A stretch of 64,000 nt of DNA from Scyliorhinus canicula. Lineage: Eukaryota. The DNA lies in NCBI RefSeq assembly GCF_902713615.1, contig NC_052164.1, forward strand, positions 47,371,248 to 47,435,247. Direction: 5' to 3'. Position numbers and translations under genes: made by a program. The notes under the pieces were generated by a model, which saw only the letters and a list, made by a program, of their open reading frames with translations, did no database searches and was not told the origin of the DNA. The number at the start of each line of letters is the position of its first letter. Position 1 is the first letter of the stretch. Below are positions 48,390 to 60,990 of this stretch, piece after piece.

Positions 48390-49040
48390 GTCCCTGTGCA
48401 CATTGACCTACATTGGCTCCTGCAACACTCTGATTTTAAAATTCTCATCCTGCTTTTTGTGATGTCCACGAGGAATCCAGCAAGAGTTTGTAGAATCGAA
48501 AGAAATAACTTTATTTACAATTACATATATACAACAGCAGCAGTACTCCACCACTGCTCACTCCTCTCTAGCTGGTTCCACACTGATCAGCTCTATTTAT
48601 GCAGGTGACTGCTAATGATTCCCCCCCCCCCCCCTCCCCCCCTTCCCCCCTCATTGGGGAAGCTCGTATTCACTAAGGATTGTGGGATTAGTTCCCAGCC
48701 GGCAGTAAAGAGGCAGGTTATAACACTAATTTTCAGAACTGTCTTTGCCCATCTCTATCTTCGTAATCTCCTCCAACCCTAAAATACTGAGATATCCGTG
48801 CTCCTCTAATTGTTGCCTCTTGAGCATTCCTGAATTTAATCGCTCCACATTGATGAATGTGCTTTCAACTGTCAAGCTCTAGGATTCTCTCCCTAATCGT
48901 TTTGTGTTTCTATCTCGTGTTCCTCCATTAAACCCACATTTTCGGCCAAACATTTGGTCCTTCATATCTTCGAACGTGGTTTGGTGTCAACTTTTGCTTG
49001 ATAGCTCACCAGTTATGACTCTTGGAACATTTGGTACATT
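48390..49040 (+). mobile_element. L2 3' fragment interrupted by a solo LTR
   Basis: gacctacattggctcc...gattttaaaattctcatcc, as in the L2 at 37670-37740. Confidence 0.65.
48458..48725 (-). mobile_element. Solo LTR (~270 bp)
   Basis: TG...CA ends; minus-strand cataaata and AATAAA; interrupts the L2; no clean TSD. Confidence 0.6.
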
Positions 49041-50029
49041 AATGTTGTGATAAGTTCTTGTGCCAAATCATTATTTTTACACCAATGTAATAGGGAGCTG
49101 GGGCTTTAAATTCTATACAAAAGGTAGCATCACTGACAATACATCTTTCCCTGGGATACTCTATAGAGCAGAGCAGGGCAGCACACCCTGACTTCGAATC
49201 CCACATCGAACTTGGTTCCGCATATGAACAGCTGGCACATAACACACATCCCAAATTAACCCAAGCCTTGCCCTCATTCTAAACCACAACTTGTCCCTTT
49301 ACTCAGACCGGCTTATCTCTCCCCTGACCCCACCATTCATTGTTCATATTACCTGACTTCATCCTCCACCTGAAAGTCACACCATGCCAAATTCATTAGC
49401 AATGCCCATAGCCTGTGTTACAGGAGCATTGGTTTGTTACTCATAATTAATTGACAATACATTTTGTACACTAAAGTAAATGGGTGCCATGCATAAGGGA
49501 AATTGGTCAACCACTTAGTGCTTCCCACCATAGCCTGCTAGGGTGCCGGATCCCTCCCTGCCCAAAAGTCCTCTTCATTGTTTCTGGCATCAATGCCACT
49601 TTTTTGTGGAGATCTTTTTGCCTGAGTTCTGACCCTGCTGTGACTTCAAAACCTGCCAGTCGGTCTGTTTGGCTGGCAACTCTCCAAAGCGGGACGTCCA
49701 AACCTTTTTAAAAAAGTTGGCCAGTTTCTGACTGGCTTTCCCCTGCCCCCCCCCCCCCCGGTCAAATCCCGCCCTTGATTTCCATCTTTCTGATTTCCCT
49801 TTTTTAATTCATCCAATTTAATCTGTTGGAAATGTCAACCACAATTTACCCTCCTAAAGTGCCTAATAAACACAGGACAAAATGTCTTTGCTGTTAATAC
49901 TTAACTTTATCTGAAATATTTCTGTATTTCTTCAGAATCATTATCCTGTTTAATAAAATAAATGGTTTAACACTCAACAGGACAGAGAGTAATTTTAGGC
50001 AAAAGTGTTTCAAAACTTGTATCGTAATG

Positions 50030-50413
50030 GTGAAATGGTGATATAGTGGTAATATCACTAGGCTGGTAATCCAGAGAACCAGGCTAATCTTCTAGTGCAA
50101 GGGTTCAAATCTCACTTTGGTAGCTGGTGGAATTTAAATTCAATTAATAAAATCTGTAATTGTAAGGTAGTCCATGGTAAAATTAATTGTTGCAAAGACC
50201 CATCTGGTTCTGATTTCCTCTCGGAAAGGAAACATGTCATTTTCGTCTGGTCTGGTCTTGTCTACATGTGACTCCAGATCCACAGATATGTGGTTGACTT
50301 TAACTACCCTCTAAAATTGCTTAGCAAGGCATTCGGTTCAAGGGCAATTAGGGGTGGGCAGCAAATGCAGGTATTTCCAATGGCACCCATTCTCATGAAA
50401 GAATAAATAAAAA
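50030..50413 (+). mobile_element. tRNA-derived SINE (non-HE1) sharing its 3' tail with the LINE at 59920-60990
   Basis: gtggtaatatcacta...gggttcaaatc; ctacatgtgactccaga; gcaattaggg.tgggca..aaatgc tail. Confidence 0.75.
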
Positions 50414-51145
50414 ATATATTCCACAATATTTTCCCACATATCCCACAATTTAGGGACAGGATATTTAAAAGTAACGATAATAATGAAAATCAAATAATTA
50501 CTCTCCTTCGAAGGACCAATGTATTGCTTTCCTCCAGTTTTAGAATTCATCCCTCAGTCTTTTCATCAGCCTGTGTTCTGTATGCATTATGATCATGCTA
50601 CTTTGTGCTTAGTTCCTCAGGTTACAGCTCCTCCAGAAGTGTTGCTTGGGGTCAGACCCTGAATCATTGTCACTGCACTTGCCTAACGCTGGGTCCTGAC
50701 TGCTTTCTGCTGTCGGAGACTGGGATCAAGTCACAGCTGAAAGCAGAAACTAGATCATAGTCCCAGCTGTTTCACAGTCATAAACTAGCATCTCTGTCAT
50801 CTGTTATCTTGCTGGGTTCTGTGTCACATATCCTCCTGATGCATGAAACATTGAGGACCCATCCTTGGTTAGTGGTAGGAGTAGTTGCTTGTTACGTGTA
50901 TCTGTTGGAATGGCATACCTGGAAAAAAAGTTATTTGATGTTGTCTGAAGTAATATAAAGTAAATATACAACTTTTAATTATTACTATTTTACATCCCTT
51001 TATGAGGTGTGGGAAAAGGCAGAACAAAATTGTACATATCTATACAGTAATACATAAAAACATATAGAAACAGAAAATGGGAGACGGATTAGGCATTAGG
51101 AGATGGAATGAACTATTTAGCCTTTCGAGATTGCTCCACCATTCA

Positions 51146-51499
51146 TAGATTATCATAGAATTTACATTGCAGAAGGAGGCCATTCGGCCCATCGAGTCTG
51201 CACCGGCTCTTGGAAAGAGCACCCTACCCAAGGTCAACACGTCCACCCTATCCCCATAACCCAGCAACCCCACCGAACACTAAGGGCAATTTTGGACACT
51301 AAGGGCAATTTATCATGGCCAATCCACCTAACCTGCACATCTTTGGACTGTGGGAGGAAACCGGAGCACCTGGAGGAAACCCACGCACACACTGGGAGGA
51401 TATGCAGACTCCGCACAGACAGTGACCCAAGCCGGAATCGAACCTGGGACCCTGGAGCTGTGAAGCAATTGTGCTATCCACAATGCTACCGTACTGCTT
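51146..51499 (-). mobile_element. HE1-type SINE, full length, inside a CR1 tail remnant
   Basis: Near-identical to the copies at 15814 and 63330. Confidence 0.92.
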
Positions 51500-52089
51500 C
51501 ATTATGATTGTGGCTGATCATCCAACTCCATGTCCATTGGGGGGAAATTCCTCATCAACAAATGAAATGCTTGCCAAATAGGATATTGTGTATACTGTGG
51601 CTATTGTTTGCACTGATGAAGTCTCATTGCATATTTTCTTTCTTGCATTGTGTTTTTTTCATTGGTCAAACTGCAGGTAGATAATGTTAAGAAAACAAAG
51701 GTAATTTTAAGGGATTTATATTTGTATTGGTAAATATTAGAAATAAGATATAGTTTTAAGTTGGCTTAATTTAATGTTTCTGTGCCTGGAAGGGTACAAC
51801 CTATAGTTAGATTCATGCTGGAGGAAGGTGTTTATGTGTGGGGGTTGGTTTCAATTCCAGCCGTGATTCTATTGTGCTTGGAGAGGGCTATGGCATGAAG
51901 AGTAAATAAACTAGCAGTGGTTACTTACCTTGTAAGATAAAGGAGCTTTTAAGTTTTGGTGTGACTAATTTGATTGCAATTGGAGATAGGTAGTTAGGGA
52001 GGAGGCAGCTCTCCAGCTCTGCTGAAAGCAATTGGGTTTGGAAGGCTAAAGCAGGAACATCTCTTCAGCTTTGCTAGAGCCTTCATCCT

Positions 52090-52126
52090 TCACCTGATGA
52101 AGGAGCTAGGCTCCGAAAGCTTGTGA
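52090..52126 (+). ncRNA. Minimal type-I hammerhead ribozyme motif, intact core
   Basis: UCAC-CUGAUGA-A-GGAGC(UAG)GCUCC-GAAA-GC-UU-GUGA. Confidence 0.7.
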
Positions 52127-52211
52127 TTCCAAATAAACCTGTTGGACTTTAACCTGGTGTTGTAAGACTTCTTACTTTGCCCACCCCAGTCCAACACCGG
52201 CATCTTGACAT
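52090..52211 (+). mobile_element. Penelope-type micro-element starting at a hammerhead motif
   Basis: Same sequence family as the right arm plus tail of 59135-59344. Confidence 0.8.
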
Positions 52212-52212
52212 T

Positions 52213-52553
52213 TAGAATTTAGAACAGTACAGCACAGAACAGGCCCTTCGGCCCTCAATGTTGTGCCGAGCAATGATCACCCTACTCAAACTCACATATC
52301 CACCATATACCCGTAACCCAACAACTCCCCCTTAACCTTACTTTTTAGGACACTACGGGCAATTTAGCATGGCCAATCCACCTAACCCGCACATCTTTGT
52401 ACTGTGGGAGGAAACCGGAGCACCCGGAGGAAACCCACGCACACACGGGGAGGGCGTGCAGACTCCGCACAGACAGTGACCAAGCCGGGAACCGAACCTG
52501 GGACCCTGGAGCTGTGAAGCATTGATGCTAACCACTATGCTACCGTGCTGCCC
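52213..52553 (-). mobile_element. HE1-type SINE, full length
   Basis: Near-identical to 8579-8921. Confidence 0.92.
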
Positions 52554-53257
52554 CCAAATCAGTCTTAGTGGAAAAAAAGCTATGCTACGGAGTAATGGTT
52601 AAGAAAACGGATGCTGAAAACTTGAAACTAGAGAAATAAAGAGAAGTTTCAAAGAAGTCTGGAGTTAGTGGAATGGAGGAAACTGTTCAGTGAAGTCGCA
52701 GAGTTGAAAAGACATTGGATTATGAGAGGCCGCAAAGATACCTACAGTAGTGTTAAGGTTTGTGGGAAATTATTAAGTTTGGGCAACATTATTTGAAATA
52801 ATTGTGGAAATCGGTGGCTGGACCTCAAAGATTGAGTAAAAGCCTTTAAGACAAAGGAAACTTGAAGGGAGAGGTGTAAAACCTGGATGTGAAAACCTTG
52901 ATGGAAACAGTGGACGAAAGCATAGTTTAAAAGAAGATTTGAAAGTATGACTTTTGAAAGTGGAATTTGGATTCACCAGTGTTGAATCCGGAGTTCATTG
53001 AGGCAAGGTGGCTCACGGTATAAGAACTAAGGGGGGAGTAAAGATAATTGGATAATAGTCCAACTTTTTAAAGTTTAATAAATATTTTTTTCTTGGTGTT
53101 AACACAAATTAGCAGTCCTGTGACTCTGTTACTCCATGTTTTATACAAAACGAGTAGAGGTTATCGTCTTTTGAGCCAAGGTTCCATTCTGGGACCCTTG
53201 TATTCAGTTATAACACCAGTGAGATCGTAACAAAATAAAACAGAATAAATTAGAAGA

Positions 53258-53573
53258 GGTAGTGGTATTGTTGCTGGATTAGTAAGACAGAGACCCAGGG
53301 CAAAAATTGTCAGTTTTTGAAATTTAAACTCAATAAAAATCTAGAAATAAACATCTAATGATCACGAAACCATTGTCGATTGTCGTAAAAGCCCACCTGG
53401 ATTTTCACTAATGTCCTTTAGGGAAGGAAATCTGCCATCCTGGTCTGGCCTACATGTGACTCCAGATCCATGGAAATGTGGTTGACTGTCAAGTCTTCTG
53501 AAATGGAGGCGGTTAGGGATGGGCAATAAATGTTAGCCCAGCCAGCGATGCTCAAATCCCATAAATGAAAAAA
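53258..53573 (+). mobile_element. tRNA-derived SINE (50030 family)
   Basis: gtagtggtattg...cagagacccaggg...cctacatgtgactccaga...gggatgggcaataaatg. Confidence 0.75.
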
Positions 53574-54879
53574 AGTAATTCTCAAAACAAATTGCAACAA
53601 AAAAATAATTTGATGAGGTCCAACAATATGTCACTTCCTCGGCCATGCAGATTCAGACTTGAGTGGAACGATTTTATTAGTAGAACAGTGGAAAATTTAA
53701 AGATTATCTCTCTGCACAAACTCCCAATGCCTCAACAACATTTATATTTGGCGTTAGAGTCTGCCCTCTGCTCTACACCACATCCAGCTCCATCTGTGCA
53801 CCTCTTCCAAGCATAACTTTGCATTTCGTTTTCTCCCTACTATCAGTTAAGCTGTTTCTTTTTTTAGAGCTCCAACCTCAAAACCACTTGCCCACTCTAA
53901 GCCTCAAACCTGGTCTCTAACCTTAAACTTGAGCCAGGTTTTCCTCTTTCGAGCTTGTCCTCACCAGTGTGTGCAGTCCTAGCTGCCCCTTGGCCTGAAC
54001 GTTGCCGTGGGGAGAATCCATATTAAATGTATGTTCATTTTGCACCCTTGTTTGATGTATTTAAATGTACATAAAAACTGCATCTTATTTGATACTGTAT
54101 CCATAAATGTGCCCCTTGCCTGTGTAATTAGAGAAACAAAGCCATGTGCATTACCTACCTCAGTTACAAGCAAAAACTGTACCCCATATCCATCCAAGTT
54201 ATGCAACTTTGACATTACCAGTGTGACATACTGAAAGATTGTCTGTGCCCTCATTCATTCTGATGACATAAATAGATAAATCTGCACTTCCCCCTCGTCT
54301 GTTCAATGAATGTAACCATCAACTACCCAGTTGCCCTTTACCTGCAATGTCAAATAAATGTCTCTGCTCTTACCTGTCCTATTACCTTATGTCCCATCAA
54401 CTACCCTAGTTACTTAAATACTTGTGCCACTCACTTGTCCAGTCACATAAGTAAATTTGTTCCATGAACAAATTTCTGTTTGAGGGATACATGCGACAGA
54501 TCAAGCACATGCTTTGTTTTCTGTAGCTTGCTCTTTCTGTGATAGGTCACTAGCCTGAAGCCAGAAGCTGTACCTGCAGGGCACCACTCCGCACCAACAT
54601 GGATGAACAGGGGACTCTCCTCTCTTGCCACCTGCCATAAACACGGTGGAAGAATTTGAAGATTGAAGGTGTGCTGCAGACATCTTTCTTGGCCATCCTA
54701 GAGTAAGACTCGAACCCAGAGCTTGGCTCGGAGGCGGGGATGCTGCCCACTGGGCCACAAAACCCCCTGACCTATTTCCTTGTATCTGAATATTTTGACT
54801 GACTATTTAAATGACCAGTAAGTGATCTTTTTTTTTTAAACATACCCCCACTAGCAGGTTCCTGGAGTTACTTGACACA

Positions 54880-54995
54880 CATCGTACCAGCCTCCCCGGA
54901 CAGGTGCCGGAATGTGGCGACTAGGGGCTTTTCACAGTAACTTAATTGAAGCCTACTCGTGACAATAAGCGATTTTCATTTTCATTTCATTTCAT
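54880..54995 (+). mobile_element. SINE 3' half with gtgacaataa/(tttca)n tail
   Basis: ccagcctccccggacaggtgccggaatgtggcgactaggggcttttcac. Confidence 0.8.
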
Positions 54996-55812
54996 CTTCC
55001 ACAGGGCCCAGCTACTGTAAAAACGAAAGGACTATGGAAGGCCTGAGCTGATTTCACACCATATCGTGCTGAGAATTCTGTTTGTGCAACGGTTGAAACC
55101 TTGGAAACTGTAGCATATGTCAGAGCAAACCGTTCAGATTTGTTATTCAGCTTCCATTTGAAAAAGAGTGAGCCTTCCCATTTTGCCCCATGAAGCAATA
55201 TAGGCTGAAGTTGGGAAAGTAGGGCGTTAATCACAAGAAGAATTTTAGTGTTGTAAACCTTATTAGTATGTCGGCACACTGTATATATTATGAATTGTTT
55301 ATTCTGACATTACCTTTTGAGTGGATAGTACCTACGTACTTGCTGAACCTGCATTTTATTCCTTTTTTGTCTCTTTTTCTTGTTGTAGTGTTTCCAACTT
55401 AATAGTTTAAAGTATAATAACTCAAGCATTTTGTGCAACTTTTTAGCTCTTCATTTGTTCTGAGGCACAAATCCATATTTCAATTGAGCTGTGTAATGAG
55501 CAAGAAAATTGCCTCCATGGACAGAAGCCAAATATTGAAGCCAGGATCTTCAGTAGTAATGATCGAGACGTGGCGAGAGTGAACTCCACCATCCACTTCA
55601 AACAGTGATGGCTTTTTTGTCCTTATTCACTTGACCACCATGCAGTTGAGCAACTGTGCAGTGTTAAGAATAAAATGCTGATTAATACTTTTTGACGGTT
55701 CAGGCAATTCTTCTAGTTGCTTGAATTGAAATGGGATGACATGCTCGGACCCTGTAAACATTTGGGAAGTTAGTTTTAAAAAACAAAGTTATAGCATGAG
55801 GCAGCTTGTAAT

Positions 55813-56127
55813 TAGAACATAGAACAGTACAGCACAGAACAGGCCCTTCGGCCCTCGATGTTGTGCCGAGCAATGATCACCCTACTTAAACCCACGTAAC
55901 CCGTATACCCGTAACCCAACAAATTACACTACGGGCAATTTAGCATGGCCAATCCACCTAACCCGCACATCTTTGGACTGTGGGAGGAAACCGGAGCACC
56001 CGGAGGAAACCCACGCACACACGGGGAGGACGTGCAGACTCTACACAGACAGTGACCCAGCCGGGAATCGAACCTGGGACCCTGGAGCTGTGAAGCATTG
56101 ATGCTAACCACCATGCTACCGTGAGGC
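55813..56127 (-). mobile_element. HE1-type SINE
   Basis: Young subfamily with an internal deletion near the tail. Confidence 0.92.
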
Positions 56128-56353
56128 ATGCTGCAGGAATTGCTGCAGGAATTGTAACTTGATAAAGGCAAATGTTTTATTTTGAAGTCATACTTACAGA
56201 ATCATATCTTTCAGCCAATCACCAGACCCTTTCATTAAAGAAGGTCGCACATTTGATCCTGGGAATCCTCAACATTAACACCGGACCCCATGAAGTCTCA
56301 TGGTATCATGTCAAACATGGACAAGGAAGCCTCCTGTTGATTACTACTATATA

Positions 56354-56778
56354 GGGACTGGTTTAGCACAGTGGGCTAAGACAGTGCTGCCAACCCCAAT
56401 CTGACAGGTGTGTCCTTCAGGACTTAGACAGCTTGGTCAGTGCTGCCACCAGTGACTCTTGGTGATGAACATTGAAATCCGTGCCCTTGTTATGCTTCTT
56501 CCAAGTGATGCTCAACTTCGAGAAGTACTGATTCATCAGCTGAGCTAGAGTGATAGGTAATAATTGCTTCTCGTCACAAGTAGGCTTCAATTAAGTTACG
56601 GTGAAAAGCCCCTAGTCGCCACATTCCGGCTCCTGACAGCTGGCTTGTAATGCAGAACAAGTCTAGCAGCGCGGGTTCAATTCCTGTTCCAGCCTCCCCG
56701 AACAGGAGCCGGAATGTGGCGACTAGGGGCTTTTCACCGTAACTTAATTGAAGCCTACTTGTGACAAGAAGCAATTAT
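56354..56778 (+). mobile_element. tRNA-head SINE whose head is split by a 251-bp inverted duplication
   Basis: gggactggtttagcacagtgggctaagacag | ... | acagctggcttgtaatg...gggttcaattcc...gtgacaagaagc. Confidence 0.85.
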
Positions 56779-56953
56779 TACCTATCACTCTAGCTCAGCT
56801 GATGAATCAGTACTTCTCGAAGTTGAGCATCACTTGGAAGAAGCATAACAAGGGCACGGATTTCAATGTTCATCACCAAGAGTCACTGGTGGCAGCACTG
56901 ACCAAGCTGTCTAAGTCCTGAAGGACACACCTGTCAGATTGGGGTTGGCAGCA
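56385..56953. repeat. 251-bp near-perfect inverted repeat with a 67-bp spacer
   Basis: 56385-56635 is the reverse complement of 56703-56953; one mismatch seen. Confidence 0.97.
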
Positions 56954-58744
56954 GGTGGTGAGACTACCAGTGTAAGGAAAAAAACATCTCAACCTTGTCT
57001 CGCGAATTCACTTTTGGAGATGCATCTGTCGATGAAAATATTGGTAGGTGTGACCATCGCACAGTCCATTTAGAGACAAAGTCCAGGGTTCATAATGAGG
57101 ACCTTTTGTTTGGGTTATGTGGCTCTACTACTATGCCAAATGGGACAGACGCAGATGAGATTTAGCAGCCTCAAGTTGGGCATCAATGAAACCTAGTGGA
57201 TTATCAGCAGCAGCAGAATTGTATTCCACCACAATCTGTATCCTCGCAGTGCATATTCTACGCTCCGTTACCATCAAGCCAGTGGATCAACTCTGAAGAG
57301 TACAGAAGAGCATGTCAGTTGCAGCATCAAAACATGAGATATATTCTTAGTGAAGCTGAAGCACAGGGAGACATGCATGCTACACAGTGGAAACACCAAG
57401 CCACAGACAGAGCTAAGTGATCCCACAACAAGTGGATCAAATCAAAATTCTACAGTCTTGTCACGTGAATAGCGCACCACTAACAGGGTATGAGGCTCCA
57501 CAAACAATCCCATCCTCAATGATGGTGAAATACAACATGACTGCAAAAAGCAAGGCTGAAGGCTGCATGGATAAACAAAGACAATTGAACATCTGATATT
57601 TCGTTTCTAAATGTTACAATGTGAACTTTACCAAAATGAGGAACAAGTTATATGGCCTTTCATTTCCGACTTGCTGATTAGGATCCCTATCTCTTCTACA
57701 ATCCTACTCTGGTGTCATGTTTCTGGCAGTCATAAGGGTTGATTACAGGCACATTGTTATTCTTTGCCGTTATTACACTTTTAGCATTTGTTTTCCCTGA
57801 AATACACAGGCAAAAATTTGCTTTGGAGCAAATGAGTTGAGATTGTTTAACATTTATCCTGATCTGAGTGCTACAGAAATGCTGGCAACAGTGATATGTC
57901 CCTGCCCTTCTCAGAGTATACAGATAAGCTAATATGCATCATGCCAATATAATTTATTGCCAGGCAACCATAGGCTTTTCTGTATAGTAGAAAAGATCTT
58001 GTTGGATTAGTGTGTGGGATGTTGTCACAGGATTAAATTGTCATCAAGTCCTGGGGCCGGGAAAGTATGGAAACAGAATTTTAAGGAATTATTAGGTTGT
58101 CGGGTGAATGACAGTAAAAGCCTTTGGATTTGGTGATGACAATCTACTGTGGAAGAGGAGAAGCTTTCATTCAACAAGAGATGTCATTTTGATTTGCAAA
58201 TTTATCATTCTGTTATCAAAGTTCATAAATCTAAATTAAATATAGCAGTGATATAAACTGATAATCAAATAAACCCTATTCTTATGTCAAGAGATACTAA
58301 CATGAGTAGTTTGTGTCAATTAGAAATAATTTCAATATTTTGTCCAGTTCAATCTCTGGAGCACGATTTTGTTCATTCAGTTTTTCACATGAGCATTCAT
58401 TGAAGCTACAATTTTCTGTGACAAGGTTGAGCTGGAGGTAAAACAAGAATGAAATAAAGCAGTTATTTTGATTTATTTTAGTTTTTGGTCAGCTGGTATC
58501 TGACCTGTGCAGAAACTTTTTCCCAAGCTCAAGTCTCCATGCCAGACCCATGCAAGACTACTGAGCAATCCATGTGAGTAGATTTTCCGCTCAGCTGATG
58601 CGGAGTGCATGTCATTTCATTGTAGGGGTCTCATTACCTGGGCACAAGAGCATTGAGCAGGAGTTGGCAAGGATCAGCACTTAGAGACCCCAATTATGGA
58701 ATCTAAGCAGCTAAAACCATTCAGCTTACCAGTGTAAAGCACGA

Positions 58745-59095
58745 GGTGGTGGTATAGTGGGATTGTCACAGGACTAGTTAACCAGAGACCCAGAGTAATG
58801 CTCTGGGGACTCAGGTTCAAATCCTGCCACTGCAGATGGTGAAATTTGAATTCAATAAAAATCTGGAATTAAAAGTCTAATGATGACCATGAAACCATTG
58901 TCGATTGTTGTAAAAACCCACCTGGGTCACTAATATCCTTTCTGGATCAAAATCTGCCGTCCTTACCTGGCCTGGCTTCCATGTGACTCCAGACTGACAG
59001 CAATGTGGTTGACTCTTCAATGTCCTCTGGGATGTAGCAATAAATGCTGGCCCAACCAGTGAGGCCCACATCCCATGAACAAAGAAAAAAAAATA
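58745..59095 (+). mobile_element. tRNA-derived SINE (50030 family)
   Basis: ggtatagtgggattgtcacaggactagt...aggttcaaatcc...gcccacatcccatgaac, A-rich end. Confidence 0.8.
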
Positions 59096-59134
59096 TAAGA
59101 AAGACACTTATCATTTCCCTGTTGTGTTTATTAT

Positions 59135-59344
59135 AGTAAGAAGTCATACAACACCAGGTTAAAGTCCAACAGGTTTGTTTCCAATCACTAGCTTTTGGAG
59201 CGCAACTCCTTCCTCAGGTGAGTCACCTGATCAAAGAGCTGCGCTCCGAAAGCTAGTGATTGGAAACAAAGCTGTTGAGCTTTTCCCTGGTGTTGTAAGA
59301 CTTCTTACTGTGCCCACCCCAGTCCAATGCCGGCATCTCCACAT
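59135..59344. mobile_element. Palindromic Penelope-type micro-element with two inverted hammerhead motifs, 35-nt tail and 12-bp TSD
   Basis: 87-bp arms 59135-59221 and 59223-59309; TSD gtgtttattata at 59124 and 59346. Confidence 0.85.
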
Positions 59345-59519
59345 CGTGTTTATTATAAAAGAGAGTAATGGAAATCATTATATAAGATTATCAAAATAGA
59401 AATTCTGGACACTGCACATTAGAGGTGCAGAATTATTCTCTTTTTTTAAAACCCAATTTGCAATACATTCAGTTGATTTTCCTCTAACGTTTGTCATGAG
59501 TTGACAGTGTCGACAACGA

Positions 59520-59905
59520 TAGCCATACAGCACAGAAAATGCCATTTGGTCCATCACATCTGTGCCAGTCAAAGATCATCACCTAACTATTCTGATCCCA
59601 TTTTCCAGCACTTGACCCATAGCCTTGTATGCTTTGTATGCCTTGCAAATGCAGATCTAAATACTTCTTAAATATTATAAGGGTCTCTGCCTCCACCATC
59701 CTTTCAGGCAGCGAGTTCCAAACTCCCACCATCCTCTGGGTAAAAAATATTTTTTCTCACATCCCCTCTAAACCTCCTGCCCCTTGCCTTATTTATAAGC
59801 CCTGTGTCATTGATCTCTCAACTAAGGTGAAAATCATCTTCCTTTCTACTCTATGCCCCTCAAAATTTTATACATCTCAATCATGTTTCCCCCCTCTGCT
59901 CCAAG
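59520..59905 (-). mobile_element. CR1 3' end
   Basis: catacagcacagaaaatgccatttggtcc...tctgcctccaccatcctttcaggcagcgagttcca. Confidence 0.75.
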
Positions 59906-59919
59906 GAAAACTATTCTCT

Positions 59920-60990
59920 CACATCCATCAAGGAGCCTTAGCAAAACTGAAGTCGGAAATAAGGGTTAAAACCCTCTCCTAGTTGGAATGATACCTGGCA
60001 CAAAGGAATATGGTTGTGGTGATTAGATGTCAATCGTCTCGGCTCCAGGACATCACTGCAGGTGTTTCTCAGGGTAGTGTACTATGCCCAACCATCTTTA
60101 ACTGCTTCATCAGTGACCTTTTTTCCATCAAAATGGGATGTTCATTGATGACTGCACAATGTTCAGCACTATTCACGACTCTTCAGATACTGAAGCTGTC
60201 TGTGTCCAAATGCAATAAGACCTGGACGATATCCAGGCTTGGGCTGACATGTGGCAAATGACATTTGAGCCACACATATGCCAAGTGATGACCATCTCCA
60301 ATAAGAGAGAATCTAACCATCACCCCATGACATTAAATGGTATTACCATCACTGAATCCCACACTATCAATACCCTGGTAGTTACCATTGACCAGAGACT
60401 GAACTAGCCATAATAATATTGTGGCTACAAAAGAAGATCAGAAGCTAGGGATCCTGTTGCGAGTAACTCATCTCCTGACTCTCCAAATCCTGTCCACCAC
60501 CTACAAAGTACAAATCCGGTGTGTGATGGAATGCACTCCATTTTCCTGGTTGAGTGCAGCTCCAATAACGCTCAAGAAGCTCGATACATCCAGAACAAAG
60601 CAGCCCGTTTGATAGGTACCCCTGCATTCACTCCCTCCAGCACTGACAAACAGTATCTACAAGATGCACTGCAGGAACACCAGGCTCCTTCGGCAGCCAG
60701 ACCCACCACCGCAACGCCAAGAAGGACAAGGGCAGCAGACACTTGGGAACACCAGCACCTGGGAATTCCCCTCCAGCCTGCTCATCATCCTGATTTGGAA
60801 ATATATTGCTGTTCTTTCACTGTCGCTGGGTCAAAATCCTGGAACTCCCTCCCTAAAAGCACTGTGGGTGTACCTCCACCTCGCGGACTGCTGTGGTTCA
60901 AGAAGGTAGCACACCACCACCCTCCAGCGCAATGAGAGATGGGCCATAAATGCTGTGACGCCCACGTCCTGTAAGTGAATAAGTAAAATA
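59920..60990 (+). mobile_element. CR1/L2-group LINE RT 3' portion, decayed
   Basis: ITAGVSQGSVLCPTIFNCFISDL, FIDDCTMF, YKVQIRCVME, SKSWNSLP. Confidence 0.8.

Larger units (their letters stand above)
51685..53232. mobile_element. Probable long LTR-like element (TGTTA...TAACA) with nested inserts
   Basis: 5-bp terminal inverted ends and purine-rich interior; no clear TSD. Confidence 0.4.
56255..57560 (+). mobile_element. Decayed CR1/L2-group LINE endonuclease region
   Basis: GPHEVSWYHVKHGQGSLLLITT...SADESVLLEVEHHLEEA...DFNVHHQE...G.CDH. Confidence 0.7.

Noticed and set aside
54443-54758. Short minus-strand ORFs as a host exon
   Set aside because: No recognisable domain; overlapping ORFs in all frames with no supporting splice pattern.
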